A stretch of DNA of 64,000 bases from the human T2T-CHM13v2.0 reference genome, Homo sapiens: NCBI RefSeq assembly GCF_009914755.1, contig NC_060925.1. One strand, given 5' to 3'. The translations under genes were made by a program, and so were the position numbers. The first letter of the stretch is position 1; each line of letters starts with the position of its first letter. Of the stretch, positions 1 through 23,609 are shown in pieces. The notes under the pieces were generated by a model. The model was not told the DNA's origin. It worked only from the letters and a program-made list of their open reading frames with translations, and searched no databases.

Positions 1-139
1 CTGTAATTTTCAGCTACTCAGGAGGCTGAGATGAGAGAATCACTTGTGCCTGGGAGGTCAAGGCTGCAGTGAACTGTGATGGCATCACTGCACTGCGGCC
101 TGAGAGACAGAGCAAGCCCCTATCTAGAAAAAAAAAATG

Positions 140-1000
140 TCAGTGAAGATGTGGAGGAATTGGAACCCACATACATTACTGGTGGGAACATAAAATCGTG
201 TAACCATTTTGTTTGGGTATTTCTTTTCTTGTCACTTTAATTGGATTTTTAAAAAATCAACACAGGGTTTCACTATCTTGCCCAGGCTGGTCTTGAATTC
301 ATGGGCTCAAGCCATCCTCCTAGCTGAGCCTCCTGAGTAGCTGGGATTACAGGTGTGAGCCATTGCACCCAACTGGTGTAGCCACGTTAGAAAACAGTCT
401 GGCAGTTTCTCAAAAGGCTAAATGTACAGTCATCCTATAATGCAACAATTTCACTCCTAGGCATATATCCCAGAAAAATAAAAATATATGTCCACACAAA
501 AACTTGTACAACAATCTTCACAGCAGCATTATTCATAATGACCAATACATGGAATACATGGAAACAACCCAAATACCCACCAACTGATGAACAGATAAAC
601 AAAATGCAGTGTGTCTCTACCATGGAATACTGCCATGGAAGGAATGAAATATTGATACACACTATGACATAAAGGAACTTTGAAAACACTGTGCTAAGAG
701 GGAAAAAAAGCCACAAAAGATCACATATTGTACAATTCTATTTGTCCAGATTAGGCAAATCTATAGTGACAAAAAAATTAATCAATGGTTGCCTAAGGCT
801 GGGGGCGAAGGTAGGTGGGGAGAGTAGGAGGTAGTGGCTAAGGGGTATGGATTTCTCTATAGGGTAATGAAAGGTTCTAAAAGTGACTGTGGTGATCTAT
901 GCACAGCTCTGTGAATATTCTAAAACCTACTGAATTGCAGATTTCAATAAATAAAGTGAATGGTATGTGAATATTTTAATAAAGCTATTATTTAAAATAA
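140..1000 (+). mobile_element. Old L1M 3' fragment interrupted by an antisense Alu monomer (~245-372)
   Basis: Typical L1M 3'-end motifs (ggaaacaacccaaat..actgatgaacagataaacaaaatg; gtgactgtggtgat..aataaagct). Confidence 0.8.
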
Positions 1001-1011
1001 TAATAATAGGG

Positions 1012-4790
<3,779 letters not shown>

Positions 4791-4794
4791 GAAA

Positions 4795-6266
<1,472 letters not shown>

Positions 6267-7336
6267 TGTTGCGGGAAGTCAGGGACCCCAAACGGAGGGA
6301 CCGGCTGAAGCCATGGCAGAAGAACATAAATTGTGAAGATTTCATGGACATTTATTAGTTCCCCAAATTAATACTTCTATAATTTCTTAGGCCTGTCTTT
6401 ACTGCAATCGCTGAACATAAATTGTGAAGATTTCATGGACACTTATCACTTCCCCAATCAATACCCTTGTGACTTCCTATGCCTGTCTTTACTTTAATCT
6501 CTTAATCCAGTCATCTTCATAAGCTGAGGATGAATGTCCCCGCAGGACCCTGTGATAATTGCGTTAACTGCACAAGTTGTTTAAACAATATGAAACCTGG
6601 GCACCTTGAAAAAAGAACAGGATAACAGCAATTTCAGGGAACAAGGGAGATAACCTTAAACTCTGGCTGCCTGTGGGCCGGGTGGAACAGAGCCATATTT
6701 CTCTTCTTTCAAAAGCAAATAGGAGAAATATTGCTGAATTCTTTTTCTCAGCAAAGAACATCCCTGAGAAAGAGAATGCATCCCTAAGGGGAGGCCTCTG
6801 AAATGGCCGCTTTGGGGACGGCTGTCTTTTACAGTCGTTGATAAGGGATGAAATAAGCCCTGGGCTCGCGTGGCGCTCCCAGGCTTATCAGGACAAGGAA
6901 ATTCCCGCCTAATAAATTTTGGTCAGATGGGTTGTCTGCTCTCAAACCCTTTCTCCTGATAAGATGTTATCAATGACAATGCGTGCCCGAAACTTCATTA
7001 GCAATTTTAATTTCGCCCCAGTCCTGTGGTCCTGTGATCTTGCCCTGCCTCCATCTGCCTTGTGATATGTTATTACCTTGTGAAGCATGTGATCTCTGTG
7101 ACCCACACCCTATTCGTACACTCCCTCCCCTTTTGAAAATCACTAATAAAAACTTGTTGGTTTTGCAGCTTGGGGGGCATCACGGAACCTGCCGGCATGT
7201 GATGTCTCCCCTGGACACCCAGCTTTAAAATTTCTCTCTTTTGTACTCTTTCCCTTTATTTCTCAGACCGGCCGACACTCAGGGAAAATAGAAAAGAACC
7301 TACATGAAATATCAGGGGTGAATTTCGCCCGATATC
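6267..7336 (+). mobile_element. MER11-family solo LTR (HERV-K11/HML-8)
   Basis: Starts TGTTGCGGGAAGTCAGGGACCCC. Repeated aacataaattgtgaagatttcatggaca, AATAAA at ~7145, ends ..gaatttcgcccgatatc. Confidence 0.88.
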
Positions 7337-8085
7337 ACACGGGATCTTCTCTCACCTGTCTACCTGCTTAACTGCACAGGAGAGGCAATGCATGGTGCTC
7401 ATGAACAAGGCAAGCATTAAAGTCAGACCAGACTAACATTTGACTCAGTCTTAATATTCAGGTGAGCTTGGGCAAATAGCTCATTAACCCCAAGTCTTCA
7501 TCATTTTGTGCATATAATGGGGATAACTGTGGCACCCACCTGTTTTTGTGAGAATCAATGAAATATTATGCTTGATGTTATTGTGATCACGATACTATCT
7601 GACAAGGGCAGTGATGCATGATAACATCAAAAAATTAGAAACTGTAATGAGGTCTCTTGCGCAAAATTCCATACAAGCAAATTACTGTCTCTACAAAGCA
7701 TTTCTGCCACACTTAATTCACCATTCCCTGAACAAAATGTGCCATCTTCATTGTTCAGGTCTGTATAGTGCTGGTTTCCCTGCCTGGGCAGCTCACTGCA
7801 TCCCATCCCAGCCCAATCCCCATCCCTCCACCTCCCCCTTCCCTCCCCACTCTCATACAACTCTTCCTTATCTTACAGGACTTGGCTTCAATGTCACCTT
7901 AACTGGAAGCTTCTCTCCCTCTCCAGAAGAGCTTCCCATTGCACTTGATGCATGCACTATTATTTGATCATTTTTGAGTTACAGTCGAAGTCTTTTTGTA
8001 CCTGAATAACATGTTGCCCAGTCAGTTTCTCTTCCTGGATTCAGAAGTCTTTCATGGTAGGTCCAGCTAGAAGTGAAAAAAAGAC

Positions 8086-8120
<35 letters not shown>

Positions 8121-8237
8121 GATGACACAGACATCAGCACTTAAAAGTTTTAAATGACATGTGAAAAACAAAATTTAAGGGCTTCTAGGAGAAATGTAGG
8201 AGGGAAGGTGTTACTGGGAAATATGATAGAAGGTTAA

Positions 8238-12052
<3,815 letters not shown>

Positions 12053-13769
12053 TACTTCTAGAAGAATTTCCATTAGCCCTTTGAAATCCTTCAACATTCA
12101 TGAAGGCCAAAGAGTTTTCACCTAATTTAATCTGATGGGTATGTGACCAGAGTCTTTCTAGGGAATAGAGACTCCCAAACAGTTCAGCTGGGAAGTGAGG
12201 AGAGAATTTATTACTCAAAATCAAAGGGAAATGAAAAGAGGCCAACATAGAATGTCATTATTCTTTCTTGGTGGGGAATGGATTCCAGAGTCATTCTGTG
12301 ACCTTTACATGACCTCCTTATTAGCAGCTAAAAGCTTCCAGTGTAGGATGCAGCCAGCTAGGTTCTCTTCTAATGTAATAAAATTTGCTTCAGCAAATCT
12401 TATGCAGAGCCATCTCCAGGCTCCAGAAACAATAGGCTATAAATTACTGGATCTCCCATTTGATACAATGAAGTATAAGCACGGTCCTGAATGACTCCTC
12501 TACATACTACTCTGGGTGGCTTGAAGTGAATTTGATACAAGAACTGGAGCGAGCGCAAAGCAGAGCTAGATCTAGGATTAATGTGCTTGGGCCCAGCTCC
12601 TCACTACTCACCTATGAGTCTAGTTCCAGAACCCAAGTAGAGGGTGGGGAAACAAGGCTCCTGACTTTTTTTCCCTAATGTCTGCATCTCTTTCACATTT
12701 CTTATCTCCTTGCAAAGAAACTAAACAGGCTCAACTGAAATAACTAAATGATTAAACCCTATACAGAGAATCTCCAAAGACTGACAAAATATCATTCAAG
12801 ACTGTTACACAGACAACCTTGAGGATGACTTGATGTACCAGTGATCTACAATATTTGGGATCATTCCAAATTCCCATCAAGGATCTGCCTATATCAACAA
12901 AGGAGCCAAGGACCAACCATTCAAATGGGCCCTGCTGCCAAGCCTTTTTTTTTTTTTTTACAATGCCATCTCTTCATATTGTTCCATTTAACAAAACTGC
13001 AGCCCTTCATCTACCCTTAAGTCCCTTGGCCAATGGTACAGAGCCAGAGTATGCTACTCCCTAGCAGGAAATCAACAGGATGACCTACTAAACACCATTC
13101 AGAAGATGCTAAGACCCATGAATTGCAACAGGAAAGAAAAGACAGAGAATTAGTCAGACAGGTACATGCTGTGCCAAAAATGCACTACAGCCCCCACCCA
13201 ATTCTGCCTAATCCTAGCTGGGCTGACACCAACCTGATGAGACAGGCCTATGAGATCTCAAACTAAAACAGAAACTCCTGAACTGGGTTCTTTCAAACCC
13301 AGGAAGCAGCAGTAAATCATTAAAGAACAGATAAGTTCTTAAGATGAGGGAGAGTTTCAGATAAATGGAATGCTGGTAGAACACAGGGCCAAAGGAGCAA
13401 AAGTTAACCTAAGCCCAGGTAGAACCTTGTTTACTAGAGTACTGGGCATGGGTTGGGGCAACTATTCTAACCAGAGAAACTGGCTTCAGTGAGGGCAAGT
13501 TGGCAATCCAAGGTATAGCATGCATAGGGCTGGCAAAATTCAGGGTGACTGAAGCAAAAGCTTCAGAACCAGAAAGACCACATCTGGGGGTAGAGCACAA
13601 AACTCTCAAGAGATGAATCTTTGTAAGAGTGAGGCAGAACTATATAGCAGTTTTAGGAGATCTGTTGGTGCCCAGCAAGAGCTCCAAACAGGCTATATGC
13701 AGGGATGCAGGCTGTAGTCTCAGGAGAGGAGGTTCACAAAAGTCATTCAGTCCAAGACCTCAAACTGTG

Positions 13770-14045
13770 TTCTCTACTAAAAGGAATCAAGGTTCCCTAG
13801 AGAAATGGCTGACTCCATGTATGGTGCAGTATATTGATCCTGGAACATCTTTTTTGCCAGAAAGCAAGGAAGCCATCAAAGTCCAACAGGATCACATCAA
13901 AAAGACATGAAAGTCAACTTGAAGAGATAATTATTAACCTAGATGAGACAATGTAAGCATCCAAAACAATATAGACTGCAATGGCCTGAAATACATCAAA
14001 TGCAAACAATAATCTGAGTTCATAATGGTATTCAGAAAAAAAACT
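13770..14045 (+). mobile_element. L1MC-type 3' fragment
   Basis: ctaaaaggaatcaaggttccctagagaaatggctgactcc..cctggaacatc..gccagaaagcaaggaag. Confidence 0.65.
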
Positions 14046-14582
14046 ACTGGTCAGTAGAGGGAAGGTTACTAGGTCACTAACTTACTACTCTAAAAAGTGA
14101 CTTAAGATGAGAGGTAGGGTGGAGAATTAGCTATTTATTCAGTCTTTCCTGTACAAACATAAATTTTTAGGGAGATTGAAGCAGACGAAACAAATCTGGA
14201 AAAATGGAGGTAACTGCTTAATCTGCGGGTTGGGTGCATGGAGGTTCAACATATTTCTTTTGTGTATATTTGAACCCCCTACAAAAAAAGCACAAGACAG
14301 AATGTGAGCCAAGCAGCTTAGGGTTTAGGCAAGGCTTCTGCCTACAAGAGACACTAGGATATGAGGGGTAGTTTTAGCCCTGATGGGCTGAGCCAACTGG
14401 AGGTATATAGGGAGGTGCTAAATTGCTGAGGTATCATGTTGCCCAGCACTTGATCAAATCCTAGATCCTAGGTCTGCTTGGTAGCATGCTTCCTAGGTAG
14501 TGCATCTGAGGCTACCTAAAGAACTTCCTTTGCAGTCATAATTCGCTCAGAAACTACAAAAGTGCTTGCTCTTGAAAATGGA

Positions 14583-15175
14583 GTCTTTGTCCATTTCATG
14601 CTTCTATAAAAGAATACCACAGACTGCATAATTTATAAAAAGGAAAAAAGGAAGGAAAGAAAAAAGGAAGGAAGGAGGGAAGGAGGGAAAAAGGGAAGGA
14701 GGGAAGGAAAGGAAGGAAGGGAAAGAAGGAAAGGAAGGAAGGGAAAGAGAGAAAGAGGGAAGGAGGAAGGGAGGGAAGGAGGGAGGGAGGGAGAGAGAGA
14801 GGGAGGGAGGGGAAGGGAAGAAAAGGGAGAAGGGAAAGGAGGAAGAAAAGGAAAGGAAAGGAATAAATTTTATTTCTTAACAGTTCTGGATGTTAGGAAG
14901 TCCAAGGTTGAGGGGCCTGCATCTGGTAAGGGTCTTCTTGCTGCATCATCCCACTACAGAAGGCAGAAGGAAAAGAGAGTGCAAGAAAGCAAGAGGGCAA
15001 AGGGGGCTGAACTCTGTTTTATAATAAACCCACTCTGTGATTACTAATCTATTAGCACAATAACAACATTAACTCATTCATGAAGGCTATTTTATTAGGC
15101 CCCACATCCCAACTGTTGCATTGAGGATTGAGTTTCCAGCACATAAACTTTGGGGGACACATTTAAACCATAGCA
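14583..15175 (-). mobile_element. MST/MLT1A-type MaLR LTR with an internal polypurine expansion (14641-14862)
   Basis: ataccacagactgcataatttataaaa [GGAA/GGGA tract] atttcttaacagttctgga..tttgggggacacatttaaaccatagca. Confidence 0.8.
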
Positions 15176-16207
15176 GAGCACTTAGGTTAATTCAACTAAG
15201 AGGAGCTGGGAAAATGAAAGGCATGAGAAAGACAGCAAAAGCTAGCAGAGAGAAATGCATAGGTTAAGGAAAAAAGTCACAGTGAATCCTGTAGTGCAGG
15301 CTACTTTATCAAAAGCACCTAAAAAAGATCTCATTAACTCCCCCAGCTCACCTCCACCCACATCTAAAGAGCCACACACAGCACCACCAAAGGCAGCACA
15401 ATGAGAACAGCATTCTCCTCAACAGACAAGCTGGGAGTATCTAGACACCTGACCTCAATAGCTCCAGAACAGTCCTAAAACAGTTCCTCCCTAACCACCA
15501 CTCAAGTCACCAGCTTGGAAAGTATTAAGAAAACCCAAATCCTGACACACCACTATGAAACAACTTAAAACAGCAAAGAACAACCCATTTAAACAGCAAT
15601 GCCAGCTGCTGGGAAAAAAAGGAACAATGAGTAGAGGAGAAACAGACCTCTTGGGGTCCACCAAGACCCAGTCTCTCAGCTTCAGCACTTTCAAATGCAG
15701 AATCCATACCCCTCTGGGGCCTGTGGAGCTCCACAAGGCATGTCGTCCTCAAAGATAAATGAGCAGGCAAGCTGGCTAGAAAACCACTAAGGGTATTAGT
15801 CTTTAAAGAATCTTTACAGGGTCAAAGAGGAATGGGTCTTAACTGGCTATGTGAACTCCCCACAGATTCTGAGGATGATGTCAGTATCCCTTTCCAGATG
15901 TGTTTAACACTTTGCAGTCACTTGTATTCCTGCCACTGAGTGCCAGTGCTTTGCTAATTTGAACTGATTCCAGCTCACGCTGACCCCAGCTCCCTGGATG
16001 TTACCATTAGCCAAGACTGTCACCCATACTGTACCCTTTCAAAGAGTCCTAAAAACAGCTCTTCACCTACTCTTCCAAGACAAGTAAAAATGTCTGCCAA
16101 AGAAATGGGGAAAAAAGATTCAGAGAGTGAAAACAATTAATATACTAACAAGAGAGCAAAAAGCAAAGGGGGAGGAGAAACTAGGAAAATCATAGATGGC
16201 CTCTCAC

Positions 16208-16444
<237 letters not shown>

Positions 16445-16725
16445 TTAGCCAGGCATGGTGGCACATGCCTGTAAATCCAGCTACTCAGGAGGCTGAGGCA
16501 GGAGAATTGCTTGAACCTGGAAGGCAGAGAATGTGGTGACCTGAGATCACGCCATTGCCCTCAAGCCACGGCAATGAGAACAAAATTTGGTAAAAACAAA
16601 ACAAAACAAAACCACACCACCATAAAATAACTCAGACTTAATTAAATACAACCCTAGTGGTGAATGACTAAAGATGGATTACTCATAACAGAGATAACAG
16701 TCCAATAAGAATCCAGGAATCTTAC

Positions 16726-17279
<554 letters not shown>

Positions 17280-18336
17280 TTAAACACAGTATGTAGAAAA
17301 GAATAATTATTGAATCTGTACTGGTGTTTAACTTTTACACTTTGATCTTTAATTCTGTTATTGTGATTGAGTCCAAAGAAAAATAGTATGAGTAAAATAA
17401 AAAGAACACCAAACATGCTAATATTCTGTTTACCAAAGTCTGTAGTGAAATATCCCATTAAATCCAAGTGCAGTGACACACCCATAATCCCAGCACTTTG
17501 GGAGGCTGAGGCGGGTGAATCTCCTGAAGTCAGGACTTCAAGGCCAGCCTGGCCAACATGGTGAAACGCCAACTCTACTATAAATACAAAAATTAGGCAG
17601 GCGTGGTGGCAGAGGCCTGTAATCCCAGCTACTTAGGAGGCTGAGGCAGGGAGAATTGCTTGAACCCAGGAGGTGAGCTTGCCATCAGCTAAGATCATAC
17701 CACTGCACTCCAGCGTGGGTGACAGAACAAAACTTCAACCTCCAAAAAAAAAAAAAAAAAAACAGCTAGCAGGTGACATTTGCTATGGGGAGACTAGGGA
17801 TATGATCTTGCTGCAATCCTTCCATTTTAGTAAATCTAAACAGCGTGAATCCATTCTGTTTCGTCCCCACTCCACTCCAGAGCCAAAACAAGAAAATCAA
17901 TTACATTTCTAGTTCTTTAAAAACATATCTAACTAAATCATCTAATTAAAAGATAATATGCATGGTTCCATACTCTAAAAGAAAACTTATGTCCTGCATA
18001 TCATGGACATTTGATGAATGCTTATTCACTTGACTGGTGTAGACTTCAATAATAACCTGTTCAATGCATTATGCCAGATGAATCTCGCATCTCAAAAGTA
18101 GAACAAATATTGTTCTTTCAGTTTTGTCTACCCATAAATGCAATATTTACTAATAAAAAGAAAATGAGTTTATTGTTCTAGAGAGTATGAGAATTTTGAC
18201 AACATGAATTCTCCTGTCCTAGGACATAATTAATACTTAGAGGCATACTATTTCATGTGGAAGCTACCATTAAATCAATGTTAAGTGTTAATTACCTCAC
18301 ATAATCTTCTAATCTGACTTAAGACTGAAGACATAC

Positions 18337-18395
18337 CTCACAAAGCTGATTTATCAAGTTGTAAATCTTCACCTGTTGAATTCATAAGTTCATGT
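18337..18395 (-). pseudogene. GTF2I-derived exon D (HELMNSTGEDLQLDKSAL*), 59 nt, in-frame stop
   Basis: ctttcag|ACATGAAC...GTGAG|gtatgt. Homologous to HELLNSTREDLQLDKPASG. Confidence 0.88.
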
Positions 18396-19609
18396 CTGAA
18401 AGGTGAGAATAAATACTTAATATTCACTAGGCAATATTCAGCAAAGTAATATCCACTAGTACATATTTAATATTTCATCATGAACTGCGGGTGTGAAGAG
18501 AAAAGACAGGCTGGGCACAGTGGCTCACACCTGTAATCCCAGCAGTTTGGGAGGCCGAGGCAGGCAGATCATGAGGTCAGGAGTTCGAGACCAGCCTGGC
18601 CAACATGGTAAAACCCCGTCTGTACTAAAAGTACAATAATTAGCTGGGCATGGTGGCAGGCACCTGTAATCCCAGCTACTCGGGAGGCTGAGGCAAGAGA
18701 ACTGCCTGAACCCAGGAGGTGGAGGTTGCAGAAACCATGATCGCGCCACTGCATTCCAGCCTGGGCAAGAGAGCAAGATTCTGTCTCAATCAATCAATCA
18801 ATAAAAATATAAGGAGGAAGCATTTACTGTGTATTTATATGTCTGGTATTATGTGAAGCACTTTACTATCTTATCAAATCTTCGGGACAGATCTTCAGTT
18901 CTCACGACCACAAAAGAGGATACTAAAGCTCAGACAGGAGAAGAGACGTGGCCAGCCTGTGTCCCCAGGGCCTATGGTCTTACCACTAGGTTACAGTGTT
19001 TCCAGATATCACATGTTGTGAGATTTTTGCTTTAAAATGAACCAAAAAAAACCAAAGGCGAAAAAGGCATAAGCTATTAAAAAGTGGGAGAAACACTAAG
19101 AGAACCTTAAGCATGTAACTAAAAATATTATGGAAATGTTATTGAATTCATTAGCAAATTTAATGCTAGGTTTTCATTGAGGAGTAGGTTATATTACTCA
19201 TGATGAAGAAAAATGTTCATTTTAAGTATATTAACATAAATACCATCAATATTGTTTATCATGTTTAAATGTTCACTTAAAGCAATTCAGTTAAAATTCT
19301 GCATATCATACAATTTTATAGTTTGCTAGTAGGTTACAAGTAAATAGTCACCCAAATAAAAACATCATGTGTTTTCCACTGGTTGTTGCTCTTTTTAGGT
19401 GAGCATTTGATGTATACCAACAGAGAGAGGATAATAACAAATCACTAATTTCTTTCATCACTATATAAAGGTGGCTTCAGGATAGAATAGTGTAAGGACA
19501 ATGATGAATTTGAAATCTAACATCAATTCAGTGATGCATCAAGATAAAAGTAGAGACAATAGGGGCACCTTGGTGAGTACTGAACATTTTATTTATTTAT
19601 TTATTTTGA

Positions 19610-19768
<159 letters not shown>

Positions 19769-20546
19769 TAGTAGAGATGGGGTTTCTCCATGTTGGTCAG
19801 GCTGGTCTCGAACTCCCGACCTAGATATCTGCCTGCCTTGGCCTCCCAAAGTGCTGGGATTACAGGTGTGAGCCACCACGCCCAGATGAATTCCAAATTT
19901 AACAAAGCAGACTAAGAGAAACAATTCATTTAAAAAAATAATATTTGGCCAGGCGTGGCGGCTCACACCTGTAATCCCAGCACTTTGGGAGGCTGAGGTG
20001 AGTGGATCAGGAGGTCAGCAGTTCAAGACCAGCCTAGCCAAGATCATGAAACCCCGTCTCTACTAAAAATACAAAAATCAGCCAGGCATGGTGGCTGGTG
20101 CCTGTATCCTAGCTGCTCAGGAGGCTGAGGCAGAGAACTGCTTGAACCCGGGAGGCGGAGGTTGCAGTGAGCCGAGATCGTGCCACTGCACTCCAGCCTG
20201 GGCGACAGAGTGAGGCTCCGTCTCAAAAAAAATAAATAAATAATTCAATGAAATCCCTAAGATCCAGGGCTTTGCAATAAATATGTAAATAAATTTCCAA
20301 TCTCCATACTGAAAGTTTAAAAGAAATGCTAATAACTAAAGAAATACAACTTTTCCTCAGCTTTGCAGCAATCTAGAAACAAAGTGTGTAGACACTACAA
20401 AGCACCTTACAAGGAGAAACGTGTAAGGATGGCATGACTCGCCGGCAGCCCTGGGCTTGTCCACGGTACCCCCATGATGAACAGTAACTCCATTGTGTAA
20501 ACGCCCATGAACATAAGATTACAGGACTTTTCCAGTTTAGACATAC

Positions 20547-20612
20547 CATATTTTCTTTCAGACAATTCTTCAATTTGTTTACATAGATCAGCGATACGAT
20601 TATTCCATTTCT
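20547..20612 (-). pseudogene. GTF2I-derived exon B (KWNNRIADLCKQIEELSERKY), 66 nt
   Basis: ttttcag|AGAAATGG...ATATG|gtatgt. Homologous to [22 protein letters not shown]. Confidence 0.92.
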
Positions 20613-21360
20613 CTGAAAATCAAGCAAAAGTTGCTTCTCAATAATACGTCCCTATGTCAGAGCAGCACTAACATATAATGACTTATTTCATATATTTTAC
20701 ATTCTAACGGTCCATATCATTTTACTGCTTTCAAGAAAAAATTTCCCCTTTTTGGTGGTTCTTAGAATTGGTTTAATGGGAGACTATTAGAGAAGCTGAA
20801 AAGCAGGAGGGCAGAAAAGTTCAATCAAATTAAACACAATAACAGGGAGGTCACAATGAGGCGGTCTCCCGGGGTCTTTTAGCAAACTTCCTAAAACATG
20901 TCTCAGCTGTGTGAAATAAGACTTTACAGCAGCCGGGTGCAGTGGTGCAGGCCTGTAATCCCAGCACTTTGGCAGCAGAGGCAGGCGGATCGCTTTGAGC
21001 TCAGGGCAACATAGCCAAAACCCCCCTCCCTAGCCCCACCCCCACCCCGTCCCTACCAAAAATACAAAACAGCAGGGCATGGTGGCGGGCGCCTGCAGTC
21101 CCAGCTACTCAGGAGGCTGAGGCAGGAGAATCATCTGAACCCAGGAGGCAGACATTGCAGCGAGCCAAGATCACGCCACTGCTAGCCTGGATGACAGAGC
21201 AAGACTCCACCTCAAAAAAACAAAAACAAAAACACAAGATTAAGAGGGACCCCCGACCTTACAGATACAAGTTTAAGAGGGACCCCTAAGCAAAAAATGC
21301 CAACCCTTTTTCTCCCAATCATTGTAACACCAGGAGGGTGTAACAGTTTTGCAGCCTAGC

Positions 21361-21790
21361 TGTAGCAGGCTGATGCCCCCAAGATGCCCATATCCTAATC
21401 CCGGGAACTGGTGAACATGACCTTATATGGCAAAAGAGGCTTTGCAGATATAATGAAGTTAAGGGTCTTTGGCTTTTGGGGTTGATGTACTCACTCGGAT
21501 CCTTGTAAGAGCAGAGCAGGTGATGGGAGAGGGTGGGAGGTGTAGTGACAGAAGCAGGAAACTCCAGTCATTCGAGACGGGCAGCACAAGCTGAGGAGTG
21601 CAGGCCACCTCTACCGCCAGGAAACGGATTCTCCCGCAGAGCCTCGGAAGCCACCGACCCTGCTCCCACCTTGACTCAGTAGGACTTACTGTAGAATTCT
21701 GGCCTTCAGACCTGTAAGGGAATACATTTTGGTTGTTTTAAGTCACTAAGTGTGTGGTAATTTGTTGCAGCAGCCACAGGAAACTAGTAT
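21361..21790 (+). mobile_element. MLT1 (MLT1D-like) MaLR LTR
   Basis: tgtagcaggctga..gaccttatatggcaaaag..ttgttttaagtcactaagt..gcagcagccacaggaaacta. Confidence 0.8.
21495..21711 (-). other. Candidate non-coding exon (217 nt) exonised from antisense MLT1
   Basis: attcccttacag|GTCTGA...CCGA|gtgagt. Confidence 0.55.
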
Positions 21791-21831
21791 TGTAGTGAAG
21801 CCTCAAAACCCCCCTGAAGGGGCTGGGCTCA

Positions 21832-21933
<102 letters not shown>

Positions 21934-23408
21934 CTATACAAAAAATACAAAAACTAGCCGGGCATGGTGGCACATGCCTGTAATCTCAGCTACTCAGGAA
22001 GCTGAGACAGGAGAATTGTTTGAACCCAGTGGGGCGGAGGTTGCAGTGAACTGAGATTCCACCACTGCACTCCAGCCTGGGTGACAGAGCGACGCTCCAT
22101 CTCGAAAACAAAACAAAACAAAAAAACCCCACCTGAAGGTTTCCAGTTCTGCCAGCAGTCTCCCACCCAAGCCCCAGAAGCAGACATTCCATTGCTGTGG
22201 GCCATGGACAGGCAGAAGGAAGCACCTCCTCATGGCAGAGGCCTACCCAGGAGAAACCCAAGGGAAGGCACTGCTGGGCTGGCCCCTCTCTGCCAAGGCC
22301 ATATTCTTTTTTTTTTTTGAGGCCAGTTTCACTCTGTCTCCCAGACTGGAGTGCAGGGGCACAATCTCGGCTCACTTCGACCTCTGCCTCCCCAGTTCAA
22401 GTGATTCTCCTGCCTCAGTCTCCTGAGTAGCTGGGATTACAGGAGTGTAGCATGCCTAGCTAATTTTTGTATTTCTAGTAGAGATGGGGTTTTGCCATGT
22501 TGCCCAGGCTGGACTCGAACTCCTTGCCTCAAGTAGTCCATCTGTCTCAGCCCCGCAAAGTGCTGGGATTACAGGAGTGAGCCACTGCACCCAGCATTTG
22601 CCAAGACCTTTGATGGCAGGCTTTTTCCAGGTGATCAGTCCTTGTCTGGTCTGGCTCTGCCCCACTCTCCTTCTCACCTAGTTGGAATCCCTAGCTACTT
22701 TTCAGTAGAGGAGAGTGTGTACCCCAATCCCAGCTTGGTTCAGATCTGCATTTAACTCATGGAACCTGGCTGCTCCCCAGGTCCTGAAGAAAAAAAGGGT
22801 CTCTCTGTGGGTATGATAAAGGATGGGCCTGTCCCCAGGACCCTGTGAGAGGGAAGCCCAATGTCCCACCAGGTTGGCAGGGCTGGGGAAGGGAAAGTGT
22901 TATGGCAGCCCCAAGGAAAAAAAGAGGCAGCAGAGGGAGCAGGACAGCACTCACGTGGAACTCATGCCACTGCCTGAGTGAGGGGAGGGAGGAGTGCACG
23001 CCAGTGACGTCAGGGGGCAGAGAGGCACAGTTCCAGGGCGGCTTTCCCCCTCACTTCCTGCCATGTTACTCTGATCGCCTCCAGGTGAGCCTGTCCACTT
23101 TGTGCCCAGGGGCCTGTAGAAAACCACAGCTCCCCATGGTTATGGCCCCAGGAGTGGGGCAGAGCAGGGAGGAGTCCTGGACAGAGGAGAGGCAGGGGCA
23201 GGAGGGAGTGGGCCTCAAACTCCAGGAGGGGGCCCTTCTCATGGGTCCTGCTTTCTGGCTTCTCCTTCCTTACCCCTGGGCTGATCACTCGGGGAAGAAC
23301 TGAGACAAAGTTTCTCACCCTCAGGCCCAAAGGGTTTAATTACTGGGCCCTTAGGGAGGTGTGAGCCCCCTGAAAGGATGCAAGGTTTTGTTTTGTTTTG
23401 TTTTTTGA

Positions 23409-23609
<201 letters not shown>

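Noticed and set aside
19499-19585. Box C/D snoRNA-like ATGATGA...CTGA
   Set aside because: No convincing terminal stem or recognisable guide sequence, and it is antisense to the host transcript.
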